From the NCBI GenBank assembly GCA_963783305.1, contig CAWAMW010000017.1, positions 384,001 to 448,000 of the forward strand: 64,000 bases of DNA. The letters are read 5' to 3'. How positions within the stretch are numbered: the first letter of the stretch is position 1; each line of letters opens with the position of its first letter. Below are positions 38,284 through 49,975 of this stretch, one piece after another. The translations under genes and the position numbers were made by a program. The DNA comes from an uncultured Gemmatimonadales bacterium (lineage in GTDB: Bacteria; Gemmatimonadota; Gemmatimonadetes; Longimicrobiales; RSA9). The notes under the pieces are model-generated. The model saw nothing but the letters and a program-made list of their open reading frames with translations. It was not told the origin of the DNA and searched no databases.

Positions 38284-38452
38284 GATCGTCCTCCGTCCGG
38301 GGGGTGCGCAGGATCACCATACCGCGCGCCGGGGGCGTCCGCAGTGGGGAGATCCCCGATGACGTTCCTGTGGGGAAAGCTCCGACGGCGGGCGCCACGT
38401 GACCGCCCCCACCCCTGGACGCGGGGCCCCCCATCGCTCCACACTGCGGGTC

Positions 38453-39217
38453 ATGATCACGACACTGGTCTCGCTCACCCTCATCACCCTGCTGGCGTAC
38501 GCGGTCAAGGCGGCCACCGGCTTCGGCCCTGCCCTGGTCGTGGTTTCCCTCGGGAGCATGCTGGTCGGCCCCGCCCACGCCGTCATCCTGGCGGCGTTCC
38601 TGGACATGGCCAGCGGGGCCGGGCTCCTGTGGCTGGATCGTGGCCGCATCGCCGCCGAGGCGTGGCGGGGGCTGGCCGTGACCATGGCGGCCGGCGCGGT
38701 AGTGGGTGCCATGCTCCTCGGCGTGATCCCCACCGCAACGCTCACCCGCGTCGTCGCCGTAGGGATCGTGGCGTTCGGGGTGTGGATGCTCGCGACCCCC
38801 ACCATGGGCGGCAGCACGGACGAGAGCACTCGACCGGGCGCGGAGCCTCGGGATGACCGGCGAGAGCGCGCGGGCTTCAGCGCGCACCTCATGGCGGCGA
38901 TCGGCGGACTTTCCGGCGGGCTGATCGGTGTCGGCGGTCCGCCGCTGGTGATCTACTTCGGCGCGCGGCTGCCGAGAGAGCGGTTCCGCGCCCTGATCGT
39001 TCCACTGCTACTCACGGCCGCCGTCTTCCGCGTCGCCACCTACGCGCTGACGGGACAGGTGGACCGTGAGCTGATGATGCTCGTGCTCCCGTCCCTGCCT
39101 GCGCTCCCCCTGGGGCTGGCGCTGGGCAACCGGCTCTTCCGCCGCTGGAGCGACCGGGGGTTCCGGATCGCGGTGTCGCTCCTCGTCACCCTGGCCGGGC
39201 TGCGACTGCTCTTCTGA
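38453..39217 (+). CDS. Sulfite exporter TauE/SafE family protein
   Basis: ATGFG, GGLSGGLIGVGGPP, eight TM-like segments. Confidence 0.85.
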   Translation: MITTLVSLTLITLLAYAVKAATGFGPALVVVSLGSMLVGPAHAVILAAFLDMASGAGLLWLDRGRIAAEAWRGLAVTMAAGAVVGAMLLGVIPTATLTRVVAVGIVAFGVWMLATPTMGGSTDESTRPGAEPRDDRRERAGFSAHLMAAIGGLSGGLIGVGGPPLVIYFGARLPRERFRALIVPLLLTAAVFRVATYALTGQVDRELMMLVLPSLPALPLGLALGNRLFRRWSDRGFRIAVSLLVTLAGLRLLF

Positions 39218-39287
39218 TCCGCCGCGACGGTACACGTCCTGCAACCCGGTGCCCTGGAAGATTCGGCCATCCGAGGAGCACGCATCC

Positions 39288-40226
39288 ATGTCCTATCCAC
39301 TCGCCATCATGGTCCTGGCCGCACTGTGCCCCACCGGGTGCACGGGCGGCTCCCCGGACACCGCCGACGCCGGGCTCCAACCCCGCGCGATGGCGCTCCC
39401 GACCTCACCGGCAGCAGCGACGTGCGAAGTGGTCGAGGCGGGCCGGGCGCTCCCCGCGGAGGTACGGGAGACGAGCGGGCTCGCCGTCAGCGCGACGGAT
39501 TCCTCCCTCTTCTGGACCCACAACGACGCCGGGAACCGCGCCGAGCTGTTCGGCATCGGAGGGGACGGCCGGCTGCGGGAGCGCGTGCGCGTGACGGGCG
39601 CGACACTGGTGGACTGGGAGGACCTGGAGGCAGCACGCTGTGGCGAGAGCGCGTGCCTGTACGTAGGCGACATCGGCGACAACGACGGCGAACGCGTGAG
39701 CGTCACGATCTATCGCGTCCCCGAGCCCGCCGCGGGATCCTCGCAAACCGCGCCCGCCGAGGCTATCCGCGGGCGCTACCCGGACGGCCCCAGAGACGCC
39801 GAAGCGCTGTTCGCCGCACCTTCCGGTGACCTCTACATCGTCACCAAGGGCCGACCCGGGCCGGCGGAGCTCTACCGCCTCCGGGCGCCCCAGCGGACGC
39901 AAGGCGTTGCCACGCTGGAGCGCGTGAGGGAGCTCTTTGCGGAGCCCCACGATCCGGATGACCGCGTGACCGCAGCTACCGCCACCCCCGACGGCCGCTG
40001 GGTCGGGATCCGCACCTACCGCGCTCTGTACCTCTATCCGCTCGAGGACCTCGTGGGCACCGCCTCGCTCCAGCCACGCGTGGTGGATCTCTCCAACCTG
40101 CCCGGCCGCCAGGGCGAGGCCATCGCCATGGCGAATGACGGGACCGTCTGGCTCTCCAGCGAGGCGGAGGACGACGACGCGCGGCCGCTGTGGGCCCGCC
40201 TCGCATGCCAGCTGGACCCGCGCTGA
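39288..40226 (+). CDS. Exported beta-propeller protein (SdiA-regulated-like)
   Basis: ETSGLA, WTHNDAG, DWEDL, GDIGDN, DAEAL, QGEAI, SSE. Lipoprotein-like N-terminus. Confidence 0.7.
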   Translation: MSYPLAIMVLAALCPTGCTGGSPDTADAGLQPRAMALPTSPAAATCEVVEAGRALPAEVRETSGLAVSATDSSLFWTHNDAGNRAELFGIGGDGRLRERVRVTGATLVDWEDLEAARCGESACLYVGDIGDNDGERVSVTIYRVPEPAAGSSQTAPAEAIRGRYPDGPRDAEALFAAPSGDLYIVTKGRPGPAELYRLRAPQRTQGVATLERVRELFAEPHDPDDRVTAATATPDGRWVGIRTYRALYLYPLEDLVGTASLQPRVVDLSNLPGRQGEAIAMANDGTVWLSSEAEDDDARPLWARLACQLDPR

Positions 40227-40328
40227 TACGGCGTCCTCCCCGCGGCGGGGCCAGGACCGCCGCCACGGCCACGCCGCTCGACCCACCGGACTATCTTCCC
40301 CATATTGCCAGCCCCCGGCACTCCTGAG

Positions 40329-40793
40329 ATGAGCTCAGCAATGACACCCAGCGAAGCGGATTTCGTGGAGCGCGTCGGTCGCCACTTCGAGGCCGACGGC
40401 GTTCCTCGCATCGGGGGCCGGCTCTATGGCTTCCTGCTCCTTCAGGATCGGCCCTGCTCCCTCGATGAGCTCGCCGCCGGCCTGAGCGTAAGCAAGGCGA
40501 GCGTCAGCACCAACGCCCGTCTCCTCGTGCAGTGGGGCATCGTCGGCCGTGTCACCCGCCCCGGCGACCGGCGCGACTTCTACATCGCCGCGCCCGACCT
40601 CGTCCCCGTCCTCCAGCGGCGACTCCAGCGCGTTCGCGAAGTCAGTGAGCTGCTCGCGGCCGGCTCCCGCGCCGTGCCACCGGACCGCCCCACGGCGGCC
40701 GAGCGTCTGTCCACGATGGCGGAGTTCAACGCACGCGCCGCCGACCGCCTCGAGGACTTCCTCGACGGCTGGCGCAAGGGCCACCAGGCCTAG
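40329..40793 (+). CDS. GbsR/MarR-family transcriptional regulator (copy 1)
   Basis: ERVGRHFE.DG.PRIGGRL, LSVSKASVSTNAR, GDRRDFY. Start may be 40341. Confidence 0.88.
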   Translation: MSSAMTPSEADFVERVGRHFEADGVPRIGGRLYGFLLLQDRPCSLDELAAGLSVSKASVSTNARLLVQWGIVGRVTRPGDRRDFYIAAPDLVPVLQRRLQRVREVSELLAAGSRAVPPDRPTAAERLSTMAEFNARAADRLEDFLDGWRKGHQA

Positions 40794-40831
40794 CCCGGTC
40801 GCGCCCTGAGGAGCCCGAAACGGCGCTGGTC

Positions 40832-40868
40832 GTTAAGTGTTGACTGAACGTACTGAACGTATTACTCT
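40832..40868 (+). promoter_or_regulatory. Sigma70 promoter overlapped by a probable GbsR operator
   Basis: TTGACT-N17-TACTCT, near-palindrome GTTAAGT-N4-ACTGAAC and direct repeat (ACTGAACGT)x2. Confidence 0.7.
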
Positions 40869-40899
40869 AATGGCTCTATCGACCGTATGGAGTCACTGC

Positions 40900-41352
40900 A
40901 TGCACCCACAGACACAGAAGATCATCGAGCGGATGGGGCTCTTTTTCGAGAAGGATGGGCTGCCCCGCATCGCCGGGCGCGTTCTGGCCTACCTCCTCCT
41001 CAGTCCCGCACCTCGGACGCTGGACCAGCTGGCGGAAGTGCTTCAGGTGAGCAAGAGCAGCGTGAGCACGGATGCCCGGCTCCTGGAGCGGATGGGCACG
41101 GTGGAACGTGTGACGGTGGCGGGAGATCGGCGGAACTACTACCAGATCGCCGCGGACCTGCCGGACCGGATGGCGGCGATCTGGCGTGAGCGGCTCACGG
41201 GGACGCGGGAGCTGCTGGAGGACGCGCTGGACACGCCGGAAGCGGAGCAGGACGTGGTAGAGCGACGTCTTCGGCGCGGCGCGCGGATGATGCAGGGCCT
41301 GTCCGCAGCGCTGGCGGAGGCGGGACTGGGTGGGGAGGAAGAAGCGGCATGA
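40900..41352 (+). CDS. GbsR/MarR-family transcriptional regulator (copy 2)
   Basis: ERMGLFFE.DGLPRIAGRV, VSKSSVSTDAR, GDRRNYY. Confidence 0.88.
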   Translation: MHPQTQKIIERMGLFFEKDGLPRIAGRVLAYLLLSPAPRTLDQLAEVLQVSKSSVSTDARLLERMGTVERVTVAGDRRNYYQIAADLPDRMAAIWRERLTGTRELLEDALDTPEAEQDVVERRLRRGARMMQGLSAALAEAGLGGEEEAA

Positions 41353-42857
41353 GGATCGTGGACGATGGAGTGGCGAGGATGAGGCGGGGCGTGGTGGGAA
41401 TCGGGGCGCTGGCGGTGCTGGTTCCGACGTTGTCGTGGGCACAGGCGCCGGCGGAGCGGGACTCCGTGCGGCTGACGGTGGAGGGAGCCGTGGCCATGGC
41501 GCTGGAGCGGAGCGAGGAGGTGGCCACGGCGCGGAGTCGGGTGGCCGGCGCGAACGCGCAGTACCGGGTCGCGCGATCGGGGCTGTTGCCGCAGGTGAAC
41601 ACGCAGCTGGGGTACACGCGGACGCTGCGGTCGGTGTTCCAGGGTGCTGGCGGGGGCTTCACGCTCCCGGACAGTCTGCGTTTCGACCCGGACCCGACGG
41701 CGCCGCTGGAGGAGCGCGTGGCGTACCTCGAGGACCGGGTTCCGTCGGCTGCGTTTGGCGCGCTGGGGAGCCTGTTCAGCGACCTGCCGTTCGGGAACGA
41801 GCACACGTGGGTGGCGGGTCTGTCGGTGGCGCAGCCGGTATTCACGGGGGGGCGACTGCGCTCGGCGATCCAGCTGGCGGGTCACGCGGAGGACGCAGCG
41901 GCGGCGGCGTACGAGGAGGCGGCCGCCGACGTGGTGCTGCAGGTCCGGCAGGCGTACCGTGACGCGGCGCTGGCGCGGGAAGCGGCGCAGATCGTGGGCG
42001 CGAGCGTGGAGCTGGCGGCCGAGCATTTCGAGCAGGTGCAGCTGCGGCTCGATGCCGGCCGCGCGTCGGAGCTCGAAGCACTCCGGGCCGAGGTGGAGCT
42101 CCAGAACCTGCGGCCGCAGCTGGTGCAGGCGGGGAATGCGGTGGAGCTCGCGATGCTGAACCTGAAGAGGCTCACCAACATCCCGGTGGAGACGGAGGTA
42201 GTGCTGGTCACGCCGCTGGTTCCGGACGGGGACGACGACGCCCTCGCCCGGCAGCTCCCGCGGCTCGACGAGGCCGCGGCGCTCCTCGCCTCGCGGGCGG
42301 CGGTCCGCGCCGCGGCCGCACAGGTAGAAATGCGCGAGGAGCAGGTGGACATGGCGCGGGCGGCGTACTTCCCCTCCGTGTCGCTCACCGCCAACCTGTC
42401 GCGTCAGGCGTTCCCTGGGGGGTTCCAGTTCCCGTCGGCTGACGACTGGCGGGATGACTGGAACGTGGGCTTTGCGGTGCAGTGGCCGCTCTTCCAGGGG
42501 CTGCGTCGGGACGCGGAGGTGGACGCCGCGCGGTCGCAGGTCGAGGAGGCGCGGCACCAGCTCGATCAGCTCAAGGAGGGGGTGCGGATCGACTACGAGG
42601 CCGCCCTCGGCGAGCTGGAGCGGGCCCGAACGCAGATCGTGGCGGCGAGCCGCACGGTGGAGCAGGCGCGTCGGGTGTACGAGCTGACCGAGCTCCGGTT
42701 CGAGGAGGGGCTCGCGACGCAGCTGGACATCTCGGACGCGCGGCTGGGGCTCCAGCAGGCGCGGCTGAACGAAGTACAGGCGTATCACGACGCCCATGTG
42801 GCCCTGGCCCGCGCGGAGCGGGCGCTGGGGCTGGCGGTGGAGACGATCGAGCGATGA
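41349..42857 (+). CDS. TolC-family outer-membrane protein
   Basis: Signal peptide, OEP repeats, QPVFTGG, WPLFQG. Confidence 0.9.
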   Translation: MRIVDDGVARMRRGVVGIGALAVLVPTLSWAQAPAERDSVRLTVEGAVAMALERSEEVATARSRVAGANAQYRVARSGLLPQVNTQLGYTRTLRSVFQGAGGGFTLPDSLRFDPDPTAPLEERVAYLEDRVPSAAFGALGSLFSDLPFGNEHTWVAGLSVAQPVFTGGRLRSAIQLAGHAEDAAAAAYEEAAADVVLQVRQAYRDAALAREAAQIVGASVELAAEHFEQVQLRLDAGRASELEALRAEVELQNLRPQLVQAGNAVELAMLNLKRLTNIPVETEVVLVTPLVPDGDDDALARQLPRLDEAAALLASRAAVRAAAAQVEMREEQVDMARAAYFPSVSLTANLSRQAFPGGFQFPSADDWRDDWNVGFAVQWPLFQGLRRDAEVDAARSQVEEARHQLDQLKEGVRIDYEAALGELERARTQIVAASRTVEQARRVYELTELRFEEGLATQLDISDARLGLQQARLNEVQAYHDAHVALARAERALGLAVETIER

Positions 42858-44023
42858 ACGGCGAGTCGATGAAACGGGATGGGAACGGGATGACGGTGAG
42901 ATCGAAGGGAGTGGCGATCGCGGCGGCCCTGGTGCTGGCACTGGGTGCGTGCGGCGGCGGCGAGGAGGCGGAGGTCGACGCCAGCGACGAGGCCGGGGTG
43001 GTGGTGCTCGGGGCGGATGATGTGGCTGAAGCGCGCCTGGATACGCTGAATGCGGGCATCGTGGTATCGGGGAACCTCGACCCGTACCTGCGGGTCGAGG
43101 TGCGGGCGCAGGTCCCCGGGGTGGTGACCCGGCTGGCCGTGGACCGTGGTGATGCGGTCCGCGAGGGTCAGGCGCTGGCCCGGATCGAGGCGGAGGGGAT
43201 CCGGGGTCAGGCGGCCAGTGCCCGGGCCGGGGTGGCGGCGGCGCGGGCGCAGCTTGCGCTGGCGCGAAGGCAGCTCGACTCCTCGCGGCGCATGTACGAA
43301 GCGGGAGCCATGTCGGAGATCGAGTATCAGCAGGCGGAGGCTGGGTACGAAGCGGCGCAGGCGCAGGTGGCGGCCGCCGAGGCGCAGGCGCTGGGGGCGG
43401 GCGAGAGCGCACGCCGCGCCACGGTCGAGGCCCCCATCACGGGTGTGGTGAGCGACCGGATGGTGAGCGATGGCGAGGCGGTCAATCCTGCGCAGCCGCT
43501 CCTGACGATCGTGAACACGAGTCAGCTCGAGCTGGCTGGCCGTGTGGGGGTGGAGGAGGCCGCCCACATCCGGCCGGGCATGCCGGTGGAGTTCACCGTG
43601 GACGCCTACCCGGGGCGGGTCTTCCAGGGTGCGGTCGCCCGGGTGGACCCCACCGCCGACCCCGCCTCCCGCCAGGTAGGGGTGTACGTGCGCCTGCCCA
43701 ACGAGGGTGGCGCGCTGGTGGGTGGGGTGTTCGGAACGGGCCGGATCCTGACGGGCGGACGGGATGCCGTCCTGACGGTTCCAACCGGTGCGATCCGCGG
43801 CTCGAGCGATGAGCCGTACGTGTTCGTGGTCGAGGATGGCCGGATCGCACGGCGTCCCGTGCGCCTCGGCGCCCGGAGCGAGGCGCGGGGTCAGGTGGCG
43901 GTGATGGACGGCCTGGAGCCGGGGTCGATCGTGGTCGTGTCGCCCGGTCAGGTCTCGGAGGGCACGGCGGTCCGGATGCGTGAGTCGGAGCGGCCGGGGC
44001 TGGTGGCGGAGGAGGAGCGGTAG
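42854..44023 (+). CDS. RND efflux periplasmic adaptor (lipoprotein)
   Basis: Lipobox LGAC, lipoyl GDAVREGQ, APITG, DPTAD. Confidence 0.9.
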   Translation: MNGESMKRDGNGMTVRSKGVAIAAALVLALGACGGGEEAEVDASDEAGVVVLGADDVAEARLDTLNAGIVVSGNLDPYLRVEVRAQVPGVVTRLAVDRGDAVREGQALARIEAEGIRGQAASARAGVAAARAQLALARRQLDSSRRMYEAGAMSEIEYQQAEAGYEAAQAQVAAAEAQALGAGESARRATVEAPITGVVSDRMVSDGEAVNPAQPLLTIVNTSQLELAGRVGVEEAAHIRPGMPVEFTVDAYPGRVFQGAVARVDPTADPASRQVGVYVRLPNEGGALVGGVFGTGRILTGGRDAVLTVPTGAIRGSSDEPYVFVVEDGRIARRPVRLGARSEARGQVAVMDGLEPGSIVVVSPGQVSEGTAVRMRESERPGLVAEEER

Positions 44024-44024
44024 C

Positions 44025-47276
<3,252 letters not shown>

Positions 47277-47298
47277 TGGCCTCGCGCGGGAGGCGGCC

Positions 47299-48075
47299 AT
47301 GACGACCAGGGGACTGGCGCGGGTCGGACGCGAGGCCGACTCCTTCCTCACGCACGTCGGCCAGATGGCGCAGCTGGTCGCCAGCATCGCGTCGGCTACG
47401 GTGCGCGGCGCCGTCCCCCTCCGCGCGGTCCTCCACCAGATGTACTGGATCGGCGTGGGGAGCCTGCCCATCGTGCTGGTGACCGCCGTACTCGCGGGGA
47501 TCGTGACCTCGCAGCAGGGCGGCTACCAGTTCACGGGCGCCGTTCCGCTCCACGTCCTGGGCAGCGTGGTCACCTCCAGCGTGGTCCTCGAGCTGGGGCC
47601 GGTCCTCACCGCGGTGGTGCTCATCGGTCGTGTGGGCGCCCGGATCACCGCCGAATTCGGAACCATGAAGGTATCCGAGCAGATCGACGCCATGTACGCC
47701 CTCGGTCGGGACCCGGTGCGAGAGCTGGCGGCGCCACGGGTCCTCGCCGCCATCATCACCGTGCCGCTGCTGGTCGGAATCGCCGACGCGGTGGGCATTT
47801 TCTCCGGGATGATCGCCGCCCAGGCCACCGTAGGGCTCGGGGCCGAGTCCTTCTTCTACGGCGCGCGCCTCTACTGGCACAGCTGGGACCTCTTCTACTC
47901 CCTCATGAAGGCGGTCGTGTTCGGCTTCGCGATACCGGTCATCGCCACGCACATGGGCTTCCAGACCCGCGGCGGCGCCGAGGGCGTGGGTCGCGCCACC
48001 ACCACCGCGGTGATGGTCATGACCCTCTCGATCCTGATCCTCGACGCGCTCTTCCCGCCCCTGCTCCTGGACTGA
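47299..48075 (+). CDS. mlaE: MlaE-family ABC permease
   Basis: ELGPVLTA, GRVGA..AE.GTMK.SEQIDA, GAEGVG.ATT. Confidence 0.92.
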   Translation: MTTRGLARVGREADSFLTHVGQMAQLVASIASATVRGAVPLRAVLHQMYWIGVGSLPIVLVTAVLAGIVTSQQGGYQFTGAVPLHVLGSVVTSSVVLELGPVLTAVVLIGRVGARITAEFGTMKVSEQIDAMYALGRDPVRELAAPRVLAAIITVPLLVGIADAVGIFSGMIAAQATVGLGAESFFYGARLYWHSWDLFYSLMKAVVFGFAIPVIATHMGFQTRGGAEGVGRATTTAVMVMTLSILILDALFPPLLLD

Positions 48076-48077
48076 CC

Positions 48078-48845
48078 ATGATCCGGTACCGCAACGTGTG
48101 GAAACGCTACGAGCACCCGGTCCTCACCGGCGTGGACCTCGACGTCTCGACCGGCGAGATCCTCTCGATCGTGGGGCCGTCGGGGACGGGCAAGAGCGTT
48201 CTGCTCAAGACCACCATCGGCCTCGTGAATCCGGACCGCGGCGAGGTCGTCATCGATGGGGAGTGCGTCCCGGCTCACGAGCCCGAGTCCCTGGGACGGC
48301 TGCGGAGGAAGGCGGCATACGTCTTCCAGCACGCAGCGCTCTTCGACTCGCTGAACGTGTTCGAGAACGTGCTCTACGGACTGCCGAAGGACCGTGTGGC
48401 CACGATGAGACGACGGGAGCAGGCCCGCCGCGTGGGTGAGGCGCTGGAGCATGTGAACCTCGAGCCGCTCGAGGTCATGACGCGGCTTCCTGCCGAGCTC
48501 TCCGGCGGCATGAAGAAGCGCGTCGGGATCGCCCGGGCCATCATCGCCGAGCCGTGTATCCTTCTCTACGACGAGCCCGTTACCGGACTGGACCCGGTGA
48601 ACTCGGACGTGATCCACGAGCTGATCGCCCGCCTCGCCGATGAGATGGACGCCACGTCGATCCTGGTCACGCACGACGTGGAGGGCGCACTGGCGATCTC
48701 CGACCACGTGGCACTTCTGACCGATGGCCGCGTCCGGTTCAAGGGCACCCCCACCGAGTTCAAGTACAGTGATGACCCGCTGGTGCGGGCGTTTACCCAG
48801 CGCCGCATCGCCGGAACGCAAGAGAGGGAGGTGGAGGTCCCATGA
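48078..48845 (+). CDS. mlaF: MlaF-family ABC ATPase
   Basis: GPSGTGKS, ALFDSLNV.EN, LSGGMKKR, YDEPVTGLDP. Confidence 0.92.
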   Translation: MIRYRNVWKRYEHPVLTGVDLDVSTGEILSIVGPSGTGKSVLLKTTIGLVNPDRGEVVIDGECVPAHEPESLGRLRRKAAYVFQHAALFDSLNVFENVLYGLPKDRVATMRRREQARRVGEALEHVNLEPLEVMTRLPAELSGGMKKRVGIARAIIAEPCILLYDEPVTGLDPVNSDVIHELIARLADEMDATSILVTHDVEGALAISDHVALLTDGRVRFKGTPTEFKYSDDPLVRAFTQRRIAGTQEREVEVP

Positions 48846-49804
48846 GGTCTCCGGACGAAGACCGACAGGATAGGGAACGCGACACGGCGACAGAGCGGGA
48901 GACGGAGTGGCTGGAGTCGCTGCCCACCCGCAAGCGAGGCCGCGAGGCGTGGGTGGGACTGTTCGTGGTGGCGGCCATCCTGGCCACGCTCACCGCCCTG
49001 TTCACCCTCACCGACGCCAGCCTCTTCCGGGGCCGCTACGAGACGCTGGTCCGGGTGGACCAGGCCAGCGGGATCCGGCGCGGCGATCCGGTGCAGCTGC
49101 GCGGCGTGAACATCGGACGGGTCAAGAACTTCACCATTGAGGATGACGGCGTGCTGATCCGGCTGGAGATCGAGGGCGAGTACCCGATCCCCGAGGACTC
49201 CCGGGTACAGCTGGTCTCCGGCAGCCTCCTGGGCGGCATGTCCGCCCACGTCATCCCTGGAAACGCCGAGGAGCGAGCCGGGCGGGACGACGTGCTCGTG
49301 GGCACGGTCGCCGGCGGGATGATGGACACGGCGGCGGACCTGGGCGGCGACGCCCAGCTCGTGCTCCGGCGAATGCAGGCATTGCTGGACCCGGGTACGG
49401 TGGACGCCGTGGGCGCCGGGGCCGTGGAGCTGCGCGACCTCCTGACGGAGCTGTCGGCGCTGGCCGGGGAGGAGCGGGAGTCGCTGCGGGCCCTCACCGC
49501 GAGCCTCCGTCGGTCGGCGGAGGGGATCGAGGGCGCCACCACAGGCCCGGAGCTGGAGCGGGTCATCGCGCAGCTCGATGCCATGAGTGCCGATGCCGCG
49601 GAGACGGCCGCCGCATCGAGTCGCGCCGCACGCTCGCTCGAGACCGTCCTCGGGCGGCTGGAGCGCGGGGAAGGCACGCTCGGCCGGCTCTCCACCGATC
49701 CCGCCCTCTACGACGACCTCCAGTCGGCGGCCGCCGGAATCAACGCGCTGGTGGAGGACATCCGCGCCAACCCCAAGCGCTACATCAATCTGCGGGTGTT
49801 CTGA
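48842..49804 (+). CDS. mlaD: MlaD/MCE-domain protein with a long helical tail
   Basis: VGLFV TM, GIRRGDPVQLRGVNIGRV, GEGTLGRL..DPALY, NPKRY. Confidence 0.9.
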   Translation: MRSPDEDRQDRERDTATERETEWLESLPTRKRGREAWVGLFVVAAILATLTALFTLTDASLFRGRYETLVRVDQASGIRRGDPVQLRGVNIGRVKNFTIEDDGVLIRLEIEGEYPIPEDSRVQLVSGSLLGGMSAHVIPGNAEERAGRDDVLVGTVAGGMMDTAADLGGDAQLVLRRMQALLDPGTVDAVGAGAVELRDLLTELSALAGEERESLRALTASLRRSAEGIEGATTGPELERVIAQLDAMSADAAETAAASSRAARSLETVLGRLERGEGTLGRLSTDPALYDDLQSAAAGINALVEDIRANPKRYINLRVF

Positions 49805-49975
49805 GCAGGGGCGGGCCCCCGCATCAGAGGGGCCTGACCGGCCCGGCCTCCGGGAGTTCCGCGCGGTTCCGTAATTTCGCGGTGGATCGCCTGCTCCGGA
49901 GCGCCTTGTGGGGGCCACGATCCCTGCCTATCGTCCCGGGACGCAACACGTCGTACCCCTTTACACGAGTCCATA

